From the NCBI GenBank assembly GCA_964016885.1, contig OZ024740.1, positions 209,126,001 through 209,190,000 of the forward strand: a stretch of DNA of 64,000 bases. Reading direction: 5' to 3'. Of this stretch, positions 15,201 through 26,945 are shown in pieces (the stretch's first letter is position 1; each line of letters starts with the position of its first letter). The translations under genes and the position numbers were made by a program. Below the pieces are notes generated by a model. The model worked only from the letters and a program-made list of their open reading frames with translations, was not told where the DNA came from and made no database searches. This DNA is from Eledone cirrhosa. Lineage: Eukaryota.

Positions 15201-15974
15201 TTTTAAATAATCTGTAATAAAACTGTAATGTATTTAATTAATGCTATTTTACCTGTGGTAGCCACAAACTGATGAAACGGGGTTTTATTAAAATTTCTTT
15301 CAATCTTTTGTTTGTTTTTTGTTGTTGTTTATTTTTACTTTACCGGCAAAAAGAAAAAGAAAACCTTTTTGTCTCACCACCGTAACATATCTCGCCGAGG
15401 TTAACTTTACCTTTCATCCTTACGGAGTCGATAAAATAAAGTACCAGTAATGTACTGGGTAATTGCTGGCCTTGTGCCAAAAGTAGAAACAATTATTTAT
15501 CAAATTACATTGTAAAACATCTGATCTTTTAGCGTTGCAAATATTTTTTTTAATATATACATAAATAACATAAATATAAAATCATGAACAACGAATTAAC
15601 GAACTAATAGAGGAAGATTTACATTAATGCCGAAAGTCCGTTAAATCGAAGGTACCTAGGGGTAGTTTTTATTGTTTTTAATGAGGAAAAAAAAGCATTA
15701 ATACAAAATACACGGGTGCACAAAACAAAATTTAATCAATTATGATTAGGAATATGCAATTTTTACTTTTCTTTTGACAAGTGAAATTAATGAGTGTTTT
15801 GGTTGATTTATTTATATTTGGCCATTAAATCCAAAATCCGTTTGGTCGGGAGTTAAACTGGATTCATTGCACTATAAAACACTAAAAATAGCATTGTAAA
15901 ATTCCAGTCTTTACAACTATACTGTATAGTCAGTCTACTTTTACGTTTTCCCTACTATTATTTTATTCTATAAC

Positions 15975-16085
15975 CGTTGACTTTGCCTTTCATCCTTACG
16001 GGGTCGATAAAATAAAGTACCAGTAATGCACTGGGTAATTGCTGGCCTTGTGCCTAAAGTAGAAACAATTATTTTATTCTATAAC
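15975..16085 (+). mobile_element. 5'-truncated SINE of the same family (others at ~15395-15497 and ~22240-22325)
   Basis: Core plus tail; 18-bp TSD attattttattctataac. Confidence 0.88.
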
Positions 16086-16098
16086 TTTTCTCTTACAG

Positions 16099-16145
16099 GT
16101 TATACTGTTTATTTTCAGTAAGGACCAAAGGAATTTTCAACCAAG
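16099..16145 (+). other. Possible 5'UTR exon of the DNTTIP1-like gene
   Basis: Strong acceptor cttttctcttacag| and a plausible donor CAAG|gtttta; no other support. Confidence 0.3.
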
Positions 16146-17080
16146 GTTTTAGTTTTTTTTCTTTATTATTTCTTTATTTCTTTATAACACATTTTTTTTA
16201 TTTAGTCTTTTTTTTATTTTTCAATAATATATTATTCTATTTGGGTATTGGAGGATCTTGTTTATATATTGATATATTTAGAGTTAGTGTTTTAAAAATA
16301 TATTACAAAGAATATGTGACATTCACTGAAACAAAATGACTCAGTTGATGAGTAGAGTCTAAATATTTTATAAGACAGAAATACAGTGATTGAGACTAAT
16401 GAAGGCTCATAGATATATCATCAATTTTTCTATGCTAACTTGATTGGAGCTACTATTTTTATAGATGGATTAGATGATCATGTCTCGCTAAAATACATTA
16501 CATTTTGGTATGGTTTCTATAGATGTATGCCTTTCCCAACACCAACTTCTTTATAGAGTGTACTGGGTGCATTTGGAACCAGCACTAGTAATGTTTTCAT
16601 ATTCTTAATGTGACTGAAATACTTTCTATGCTGTTATTGTTCAAAGACACATATATGTGTGTGTGTGCGTGTATATATATATACACACACACACACATAA
16701 ATCTATATATATATATAGTTTAAGGAAACGACGAACAGTGTACAAAAAGTTTCACACTTTATATGGAAAAAGGGAAAGGAAGTTCAATGTGTCAGGCTTT
16801 AGTCCTTATTCAGGAGTACAAAAATAGAGACAGAGACAGGATCACAAAGGATAGATTATATATATATATATACACATACACACACATATATACACACAGT
16901 ACTAGGCCCATTCTGAAGGTGATGGAATAGTTGTTAGAACATCAGATTAAAAACTTTGTAGTATGTGCTCTAACCTTCTGTACAGAGTTAAAATCCAGCC
17001 GAAGTCAATTTTGCCTTTCATCATTTCAGGGTTGATATATAAAGTACCAGTTGAAGGTGGTGGATTAGAGAAATTGTTAG

Positions 17081-17275
17081 GGCATTGAGAAGGATATTTG
17101 TTTCATCTCTTTACATTCTGAATTCCTAAGGCATTGAGAAGGATATTTGTTTCATCTCTTTACATTCTGAATTCCTCAGGCATTGAGAAGGATATTTGTT
17201 TCATCTCTTTACATTCTGAATTCCTAAGGCATTGAGAAGGATATTTGTTTCATCTCTACATTCTGAATTCCAAAT
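17081..17275. repeat. 49-bp tandem repeat x4 (SINE-head derived)
   Basis: ggcattgagaaggatatttgtttcatctctttacattctgaattcc at 17081, 17130, 17179 and 17228. Confidence 0.95.
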
Positions 17276-17989
17276 CCTGCCTTCTGTCACTGGAAAAATA
17301 GTGACAGGACTGTAAGCCAGTTTAGAATAAGCACACCATATCCCTGCATATTGTAAGAGGTGACTAAAAGAGTTGGCACCAGGAAGGACATCAAGCTGTA
17401 AAATATTGCCTCAAAAATGTCTCCATTATTGATGTGAATCTTGAAATGAGGCCAGCAAGGCTGGACCCTATTTTAGCAGAGAAGATAGCCTTAAAAAGCT
17501 TGTTGTAAAGCAACTAGATAAACTTTTGACAAGTATAAGCACTAGCTTGTTTACTAGGTACTTTGAGGTCTAGATCATCAGCCTTTTCACTAGACTCTTC
17601 CCATAACTATATGGTAATTACACCGACAACTGTATTTCGCATGTAACCTAATAGTTAGGGTGTTAGACTCATGATCATAAGTTTGTGGGTTCAGTTCTAG
17701 GACCTGGCATCATATTGTGTCCTTGAGCAAGATATTTCATTTCACATTGCTCTACTCCACTCAACTGGACCAAGAGGAGTCTAGTCTTGTACTCACAGTC
17801 ACTTAATGTCAATGAAACTTAGGATAAGCTCAGACCTGGTGATCTTCTAGTTAGATTTAACCTCAAGCAGCTTCCTTCCATTTATTTCATTAACTCCTTC
17901 CATTCTACCTTAGAATTCATATCTCAGTATCTCTCTTTCTATTGACTGCCCAAACATTTCCATTATCATCTTTTACAAACCTTCTGATT

Positions 17990-18195
17990 CCCACTCATAC
18001 CTCAATTTCTCCTTATCTACCCCCACTCATATCTCAATGTCTCTTTATCTACCTCCACTCATATCTCAATTTCTCTTTATCTACCCCCATTCATATCTCA
18101 ATTTCCCCTTATCTACCCCCATTCATATCTCAATTTCTCCTTATCTACCCCCACTCATATCTCAATGTCTCTTTATCTACCCCTACTCATACTCA
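17990..18195. repeat. 32-bp pyrimidine-rich minisatellite x~6
   Basis: ccactcatatctcaatttctccttatctaccc with period 32. Confidence 0.93.
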
Positions 18196-18456
18196 ATCAG
18201 CTCTCTCCACATCTGTAGCCAAGACTCTGAATTCAAAGTTACCTTCTGCAGTCTGATCACTATCCATTCCAATTGAGATTTAATTGGTAGAATTAAGTTA
18301 TTTTTTTTTTAAAAAACATGTAATTTTTTTACATATATTTGAACACATGAAATTATTTATTACTATGAAAATGTTTATTTTCTATTTTTATGACATTTTT
18401 TTCTTTTTCTTTGAATTATATAATTTTCTTACAATTTATTGTTGTTGCTATTGTAG

Positions 18457-21340
18457 GGTAGTTATTCAAGTTTCTACTCAATTACCTGAGTCTCGGTCAT
18501 GCTCACCATATTTCCGAAAGGACCCAAATGATATCATTCAACAAGAATGTGGATCAGATCAATTAGCAATATCTAATTTCAAAGCTATATTACCTCCAGG
18601 ACAAAACAATATATATATGGCATCAACATCACCTAAATCAAACAATCAAAAGGTCACTTCTATTTCTTCCCCATACCCTGTTTTATTAAATCCCCCTAGT
18701 TATTCATCTCTAAAATCTCAGCCACAAGGCAATAAACTACTGACTCTATCTTCAAAAGCACCTTCTCCTAACACCATTAATTCTACTTCACACAGTATAT
18801 CTCCTGTTAGAAATCCATCTCCTGTTCAGTTTCAACTTGTTGCCAATAATAATAATTTATCATCTTGTGAAAATGTTGCGTATGGTAACAACCTTTTGCA
18901 ACTAAAACGCACACAATCTCCTGCCCTACTTCAAACGCTTCTACAAAATCGAGATCCTTCTCCAAATCAAAGACTTTCATCAACAATAGTAAATGTTGCA
19001 CCAGAAGGATTTCAACAGAAAATCTTAGTAGCTCCGTCTGTATCACCAAACAGAGTTGTTGGTACAGATCCATCATGTGAAGGATCTTCTACTATATTAA
19101 TAACAGCCGATCCCAATCCTATTATTAATAAAGTAACACAACCTCAAGTGACATATGTGAAAACAACCCCAGTCGCTGTATCATCACCTGAGCCTGCTCG
19201 CACTACACCAGTCACATATTCACAAATGCAGCCACCAACCCAAGTGTTTTACATGAAATCAACGTCTCCAAATATGCCTCAACTTTCATCTCAGTTACAA
19301 GTTCAACCATTTCAAGGAATGCAATTTAAACAAGATCAACTTATTCTTAATTCAATCATTGTTGATAAATCACAGACCACACAAGAGAAAAATGTAACGT
19401 CATTACAAGGCTCACAGCCACTACTTTTATCAGTTCCAAAATCTACTGAACAAGAACAAACCATTCTAAGAAATGAATTAGAATTTCAGCAGCCAATTTA
19501 TAATTCCTCATTAAATACATCTCAGCCCACAAATCCTTCATTTACATCTAAACTATTGGATCGATTGAATATGCCGACATGTCACTCAAACGACAATAAA
19601 ACATTGTCTACAAGCGTACAATCTGTGTCTGCGATTTCACAGGCACCTATATTAGCTCAGAGACTTGCTGCTCCTTCTATTAATAATGCTATTTTTGCTA
19701 GTCATTTAACTTCTTCAAGGTTTGTCTTACCTTCTAGTGGTTCAGCAGTGCTCCCTACAGGTTTGACAAACACTCCCAACATTCAGTTGATACCTACATC
19801 AACTAATTTAACAAATTCATCCCAACTGAACATACTCTCTGTTCAGAATAATAGACTTTCCGCTTTATCATCTACAGAAAATTCATCCTTTTTGCAACAT
19901 GCATCTCCCGCTCAGATTTCTCCCATAGAAAATGAACCTAGAAATAAGTATTTGGTTTCAAACGCAGCACTAAATATTCAGCCTGCAATGGTTACCTCAA
20001 ACCCACAGTTAGCGCCATCTATCACAGAACGTTTACCTGTTAGTAATGCTTCTATCAGCAATAACACAGGTGTTATGGCTTCACAATTGCAGCCAACGTT
20101 TGTTGACAGACTTCCGATGACAAACAAAGATAATGCTGTATCATATTCCACAGTTGTTGTTACAACTCCACAGTTTATTACAGCTCCTGCAAATACTATG
20201 AGGAGTGATTTGTCTAATGTCTCAGCTGTAAAAAGCATTCTAGCTGCCCAGAATATATCTTCTAATTTAAATCCTGTTGCAAATAATTCTATCTTTAAAA
20301 TCATTACACCAACAGTTGGAGTTGGTCAACAAACATCGACACAACCTCCAAAGTTAGTTTTAACCGAACCACCCGATGCATCTATGTCATCTCTCAATCA
20401 AAGACTTCAAGCTAATCAAACAGCCATGTTACTTAATACAAATAGCAGTGGCCAACATAATTTTGCACAAATAAAAGATAACATACAACCACAGATCATC
20501 TCATTTAATCCTGTTTCTTTTGAAATACCTGCTGAATCATTTAGATTTATTGAAATGCAAGGTCAACCATTAAAAACATCATCAAGTAATATGATAAATA
20601 ATTCTGTAACTAACAATATTTCTGTTGATAAACCAATAAATATTGTAACAAGAACAGACTCTGGCAATGTAATGAAACCTTCAAATATTTTTGTTGTGTC
20701 TTCTGCCTCAGAAACGGTACACTCATCAACTAGTGTTAACACACAGTCAATTGAGAACAGAAATTCTGAACTCCAACTCACATCTAAGTTGCCATCTTTG
20801 GAAAATAAATCCTTTATTGAAGAAAAAAATTCTTCTGTTTCTCACAAAGAAACCGCTTTTTCCTTCCTTAAATTACCAGTGAAAGAACCCCCAGTTCAAC
20901 CTGTGAAACCAAAACGCCCTGTTAGAAGAAAAAAAACTGATGATGATGATGTTAATCCATTTTTTGCTCATCTTCGTGTTCCTTCAGCATCTATTTCAAA
21001 CCAAGTAGGTTTACCTCCTTTTAAGACACTTCAAAATACAAATGAAGATACTAAACACAAACCAACTTTCTCAGAAATAAGAAATGCTTTACACAGTAAA
21101 ACAGTTGATGATCAGACTAAATTTCAGCCAACTTCTAGTATATTAAGTAATATTAATTTTAACCAGTCTCATAATGCTAAAGAAGCAGTAGCAGACTTGG
21201 AAACAGATTCTTGTCTCAAAGCTAGTGCTAGTGATAATCAGTTGGATCAAAAATCCACTGTAAAAGACGATCATACAGAAGAGAAATCATTAGAAATTGC
21301 TGATGATGATGATGATGATAACACAGAAAGGAAGCCCATT
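18457..21340 (+). CDS. DNTTIP1: DNTTIP1-like gene, giant exon: S/T/N/Q/P-rich low-complexity region; first in-frame ATG at 18617, true start may be in an upstream exon
   Basis: 2.9 kb stop-free frame in AT-rich DNA. Acceptor ttgtag|G at 18456/7; donor ATT|gtgagt at 21340/1, phase 0, compatible with the next exon. Linkage to the conserved exons is inferred from phase and orientation. Confidence 0.75.
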
Positions 21341-22344
21341 GTGAGTACACCCTTTTACTTTTTTAAAAATATATTCTTTTTCTTTTAACCATTTCAGTTA
21401 TAAAATCATATAAGCTGAGACATATGTGACAAAAATTTGATGGTAAAGCGGGAGTTGGTTAATATTTAAGTATATACAGTACATATAAGAATATAAATAT
21501 AATTATTTCAGATTTCAGAAATAATGTGATAGAAATCAATTATTTTTACCAATTGGGATTTTTAAAAGAAACATCTTTTACCAAAAGAGTCAACCACATC
21601 AATCAGTCTTCTCTGATACACAGTGATCTCTAGAATCTAATTTACTGTCTTCATAACACTTTTGTCTTGTTTGTTTTTTAATCATGTCTACTCAGCTCTT
21701 CTTTCTTTACACACCCCACCCCTATTCTTTTTTCTCTCCTCTTCATTCTGTGTCTATGTGAATGAGTAATGTATCACAGTCTCTCTCTCTCTCTCTCTAT
21801 ACACATGTATAATATATACACGAGAATGCTGAGGATGGCTCTGAACATTAATCAGTATACACTGAGGATGAAGAACTCAGAGCTGAACGGGAGCCTCTCA
21901 AAAGATATATATATATATATTGATATTATTGCCACTTCCATTATTGATTCATTGATTTATTGATCTGTATATAAGCTGATATCCTATGTGAATAAACTCT
22001 GATGATACAGATTTTGAGCCTATTTCTGATGATTAAAGTATAAAATCATAATGGAACTTTTAGATAAAAACTTTCTTCTTTAGAAAATTCTAAGATTTCT
22101 GATTTTATTATCTCATATCCTCTGGATGAATGTCTATCGGTTGAAACATATGTTAGTTTGACAATAATTGACCCTTTGTTGCTTCTTATTCTTTATATAT
22201 CAACGCCATGCTTTTCAGCATAGAGTTACAGCCCTTCACAGTCTGAGTTCAAATTCCGCCAAGGTTCACTTTGCCTTTCATCTTTACGGGGTCGATAAAA
22301 TAAAGTACCAGTAAAAACAATTATTAAAGTTATATATATATATA

Positions 22345-23825
22345 TCATCATCATCACCATTTAACATCCATTTTTCTGTGCTAGCATGGGTTAGATAAGT
22401 TGTCCCATTGTGAGACAAGTTAGATCAGATGACTTGTCTTGCTCATACAGAGCTATTTCTGGATTGGTTTCTATGGCTGGATTCTCTTCTTAATGCTAAT
22501 CAAATTTACAGCATGGACCAAAACGACCAACTGACAGGTTGGACTGCTTTTTGTTGTGTCACTAACTCAACCACATTACAGGGTGCACTGGATGCTTTTT
22601 GTTGCGTCACTAATATGACCACTTAACAGGGTGGACTGGGTGCTTTTTGTCATGTCACCAACACAATCAGTTTACAGGATCACCTGAATGCTTATTGTCA
22701 TATCACTAGGATGACCACTTTACATGGTAGACTAGGGGCTTTTGTTGTGTCACTAACATGACCACATTACAGGGTGGACTGGGAGCTTTTAGCTATTTCA
22801 GCAGCATTGTTGGGGAGTGTGTCCAGCCTTCTATGCTTGTAAGCATGAGCTGAAGAAGAGAGGTGTATCAGATGTGGAAAGAGGGGGATTGGGGGAGGGT
22901 GTGGTATGTGTATGCAGAATGGAGATTGGAGGGGTAGGTCTAAGGTGTGGGAGCTAGCTGGTGAAGGTGGAGTGTTAAGATGTGAGAGGGGAAGTGGTGC
23001 ATTCTTGTGACCTCTAGATGTTTGCTTCATCCCATGCACACAGGAAGGTGGATCTTCTGCATAATGCCAGAGATCTTGATCCTGTGTTATCCCCTTTGAG
23101 AGGTTTAATTGGTCATGGTCAGCTTTTATCATTTCATCCCATGCTTTCCTAGGTCTTTTTCCATAGTTATCTACAACTTCAAGGGCCTTGCACCTTTTTA
23201 TACAGCTGTCATCCTTCTTATGCATCGACCCCTCTTATACCCCTCTCAGTTCATTGATGCTTTGCCATTCATGCATACTACTATTGCACATGCATCGGAG
23301 TATGCAAGTTTCATTTCTTTCAAATCTTTGTAGATCCTGTGCACATAGTGCCCAGATCTCACTTCAATGCAGCATTGCTGTTCAGATACATGCATCATAT
23401 AATCTGCCCTTCATTTTGAGGGAAAACTTTTTGTAGCTAGTAGCAGTAGTAGTTCCCTGAACTTTCTCTAACCTGTTCTCACTCTGGCTACTGTGCTTTT
23501 GGATCACCCTCCTCCACTGCTAATTTGATCACCCAGGTAACAGAAACTATCTACTACTTCTACAAAGCTCTCTGGGCATTTGAAGGGGTTTGTATCCTGA
23601 GAGCTCTTGCTACTTACTGTTCCTGTGCACCAGCCACATGTAAAACCTACGTTCTTTGTTAGCCTACCTGAGATCCCACTACATCTCTTGTGTACCCATA
23701 GTTTGCATTTGGAACATAGAATGGAATTTTTACCTATTCCTTTTCTGCACACTGAGCAGGGCCATTTCCCTGAGGAGATTTGGCCCTGTTTTTCTTTCTA
23801 CCTACTAGAACTTTAGTCTTTGCAA
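22345..23825 (-). mobile_element. Decayed RTE 3' fragment with 48-bp-repeat 3'UTR and (GAT)n tail
   Basis: ORFs 23504-23752 and 22767-23225 match the RTE C-terminus; tail tcatcatca at 22345. Confidence 0.88.
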
Positions 23826-24866
23826 AATTCAGAGAGTTACTACTGCTGCTAACTACAAACGGTTTTTCCCTTAAAATCAACGGCAGACTGTATGATACAT
23901 GTATATGAATAACAATGTTGCACTGTAGCGAGATCTAGGCACTGTGTACAGAGGACCTGCAAAGATTGGAAAAAAATGAAGCCTCCATGCTTCGCTGGAT
24001 GTGCAATAATAATATACATGAACAGCAAAGCATGAATGAACTGTGAAAGAAATTAGGCATAAGAGGGATCAGATGCAGTGTGCAGGAGAGAAGATTGCAT
24101 TGGTATTGACATGTGATGCATATGAAGGATGACAGCTGTATAAAAAGGTGCAGAACACTCAAAGTTGATGGACGCTATGGAGTGGGCAGGCCTAGAAAGA
24201 CTTGATAAAAGCTGACTTTTACAATTGCGTTTCTCTAAGGTGATGACACAGGACCATGATCTCTGGCGCTATGCAGTAATACTGAAGATCTGCCCTCCCA
24301 TCACCCTTTCCATACACCTCCCTCACTGCAATCACTCCACTCCTATATCTACCTCCCCAATTCCCCCATCCAAGTCCCCATCCACTCCATACAATGGTCA
24401 TCCTGGAGCCATGACAAAAGGTGCCCAGTCGACACTGTAAAGTGGTCGTGTAGGTGTCACAACAAAAAGCACCCAACCTACACTGTAAAGTGGTCGTGTT
24501 GTGACATGACAAAAAGCACCCAGCCCACTCTGTAAAGTGGTTGTGTAGGTGTCACAACAAAAAGCACCCAGTCCACACTGTAAAGCAATTGTGTAGTAGT
24601 CACAATAAAAAGCGCCCAGCCCACTCTGTAAAGTGTTCGTGTTGGCGACACAACAAAAAAGCACCCAGCCCACGCTGTAAAGTGGTGTCAAGACAAAAAG
24701 CACCCAGCACATTCTGTAAATGTGGTTGGTGTTAGGAAGGGCATCTAGCCATAGAAAACAGTTCTGTGTGAGCAAAACATGGTCCTCCGACCTGGCTCTC
24801 TCACAACAGGACAACTCGTCTAACCCATGCTAGCGTGGAAAATGGACATTAAATGATGATCATGAT
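23826..24866 (+). mobile_element. Decayed RTE 3' fragment with 48-bp-repeat 3'UTR and tail
   Basis: KFRELLLLL..GFSLKINGRLYD..., then ~7 units of aaaaagcacccagtccacactgtaaagtgg.., ending ggacattaaatgatgat. Confidence 0.88.
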
Positions 24867-24885
24867 ATATATATATGTGTGTGTA

Positions 24886-24930
<45 letters not shown>

Positions 24931-26084
24931 CGATTTATTGAGGCACTTGGATAATTTGAAATTTGAAGATGTTGATATCCATGTAGGCCTTTGTGTCTCC
25001 ACACTCTTAACCCTTTAGCATTTACATTACTCTATATATACTATTGAATTTTTGTGGTAAAGGCTTTATATTAGATAATTATCTCACATAATATCAAATC
25101 TATGAGGATTTTGATGTTATTTATTTTGAGAACAATATCTTAACATCAGTATGAGCGACCAGTTATAGCTGGTTTGAACAGAGAGAGGTGAGAGAATTCT
25201 GGCCAGTGATCTTTCAACTGTTCAAAACACAACTAGAATGCTTCTTCTGGGATGTCTCTCAGCTCCACCTTGCATGGCATCCTCTCAGCTCTCAACTGAT
25301 CTTTGTTCGTAATATAGAGCAAAATGAAAATGCTTTGAATAAGCTGATAGCAACTTGAGCATCCAGCAAGCTTGCCTGAAACCACATATGCGCATGAATG
25401 TATGAGACTCCACTCTGTACACGTTTGTCTCCCTAATGTTATTAGTTTCCTCAGGAGTCGATTACTTTTTAGACAGACTTCATAGTTGACATTTCTATCT
25501 CCCAGAAATAAGTCATTTTTAGAATAGGAACCGTTAATTTTCATATCTACTCAGGATATTGATCAATGTATTCTCTGGCTGTCTTTGAGTGACAAAAACA
25601 TAAACAGAATCACTACAATAATTATGATAATCATAATAGCATTAGAAAATCAGAATATTCTCTGTCGTGGCTGCTGGCCACTTATTTTCTATCCCTGAGA
25701 GTATTTAACCTCATATTCTAATGCTGTTATCACTATTGTAATCTTTGAAGTGAGATTTATACACACATACACATACACAAATATATATGCGCGCACGTTC
25801 GAAATTTTAATGTCATTTCATTTCATTTAACTTAAATCTGTTTTCCAAACAAACAAGTCAACTGCGATCGATCTTATAAGTCTCTCATAGGGATACTCCA
25901 TTGATAATGGGTTTTTAAACCAATATTTGGGGTTATCAAATTTGCTAAGTTAAGATTCTTTTGTTATCTTTGCAATCTTAATTTTCTTTCTGGTGCATTG
26001 TAAGGTTTTCAAAACTATTTAAATTTGTGTTTTCTATTCAACAATGCTTCAAGTAAACTACAACACTCTGATATATATATATAT

Positions 26085-26452
26085 ATATTATCAAGAAAAT
26101 GAAAAATCAGTGATGCATCTGGACTTAGTTTATTCTGTGTTACAAATGTTTCGCCTGCATGTAGCTCGAGTCATGGTCCTTGTATGGATCTGGCTGATTC
26201 TACCAGTGATAAAATTTGCTCCGGACATAACAGCCGTGTCTGAAAGAACCCGCAGAAGTAGAATCAGCCAGATCCATACAAGGACCATGACTCGAGCTAC
26301 ATGCCGGCGAAACATTTGTAACACGAAATAAACTAAGTCCAGATGCATCACTGATTTTTCGTTTTCTTGATAATATCTAAACTCTACTCTGATGAATATC
26401 AAGTGCTAATTTTGGCATACCGCCTACGGAAGCACCATAGCTACCACTATAC

Positions 26453-26458
<6 letters not shown>
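26085..26458 (+). mobile_element. Palindromic pLTR-type element (119-bp arms, 54-nt spacer, tail) with long-stem-II hammerhead-like motif, in (TA)n
   Basis: Arms 26085-26203 / 26258-26376. CGTGT-CTGAAAGA-(61 nt)-GAAAC-ATTT-GTA-ACACG. Confidence 0.82.
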
Positions 26459-26502
<44 letters not shown>

Positions 26503-26519
26503 TATTTGATAATATACTG

Positions 26520-26675
26520 TATGTTTAATTAAAAACATTTTGAAGACCATTCATTATGAATTTTTAAGTAGTGACTATGTCACTTATTCTCAGCTTGCCG
26601 AGAATAAGTAAGTGACATAGTCACTACTTAAAAATTCATAATGAATGGTCTTCAAAATGTTTTTAATTAAACATA
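26520..26675. repeat. Near-perfect palindrome (~72-bp arms, 8-nt loop) between TA tracts
   Basis: tatgtttaattaaaaac...cacttattctc / gagaataagt(aagt)g...gtttttaattaaacata. Confidence 0.9.
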
Positions 26676-26945
26676 TACTATATATATATATCATTTCCTA
26701 TATTTTTTTTAATAATATATAAGAAAAAAACATACATCAAGAGTTACTTCAAGAGAATTACAAGTGAGCAAATTTAAACTCAATGTGTTTATGCACTTCC
26801 ACATAGAAATATAGAGAGCACATAAAACAAATTAATGATAGAAGTTCTTAAATCATTTAATCTTTACAATGTATATATCTATGTGTGTGTGTGTGTGTGT
26901 GTATATCATCATTTCCAAGTCAGTTTTCCCTGCTAGTAAACCAGT

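Noticed and set aside
18284-18456. N-terminal 58 aa of the 1034-aa ORF (and the VSTPFYFFKNIFFFF tail after 21340)
   Set aside because: T-rich intronic sequence outside the splice sites; the ORF start is a non-ATG codon.
24410-24725. Repeat-spacer-like array that superficially resembles CRISPR
   Set aside because: Whole units are homologous with no unique spacers. It is part of a retroelement 3'UTR in eukaryotic DNA, and no cas genes are present.
26044-26402. Mirror-image ORFs on both strands sharing the same peptide
   Set aside because: A trivial consequence of the palindrome.
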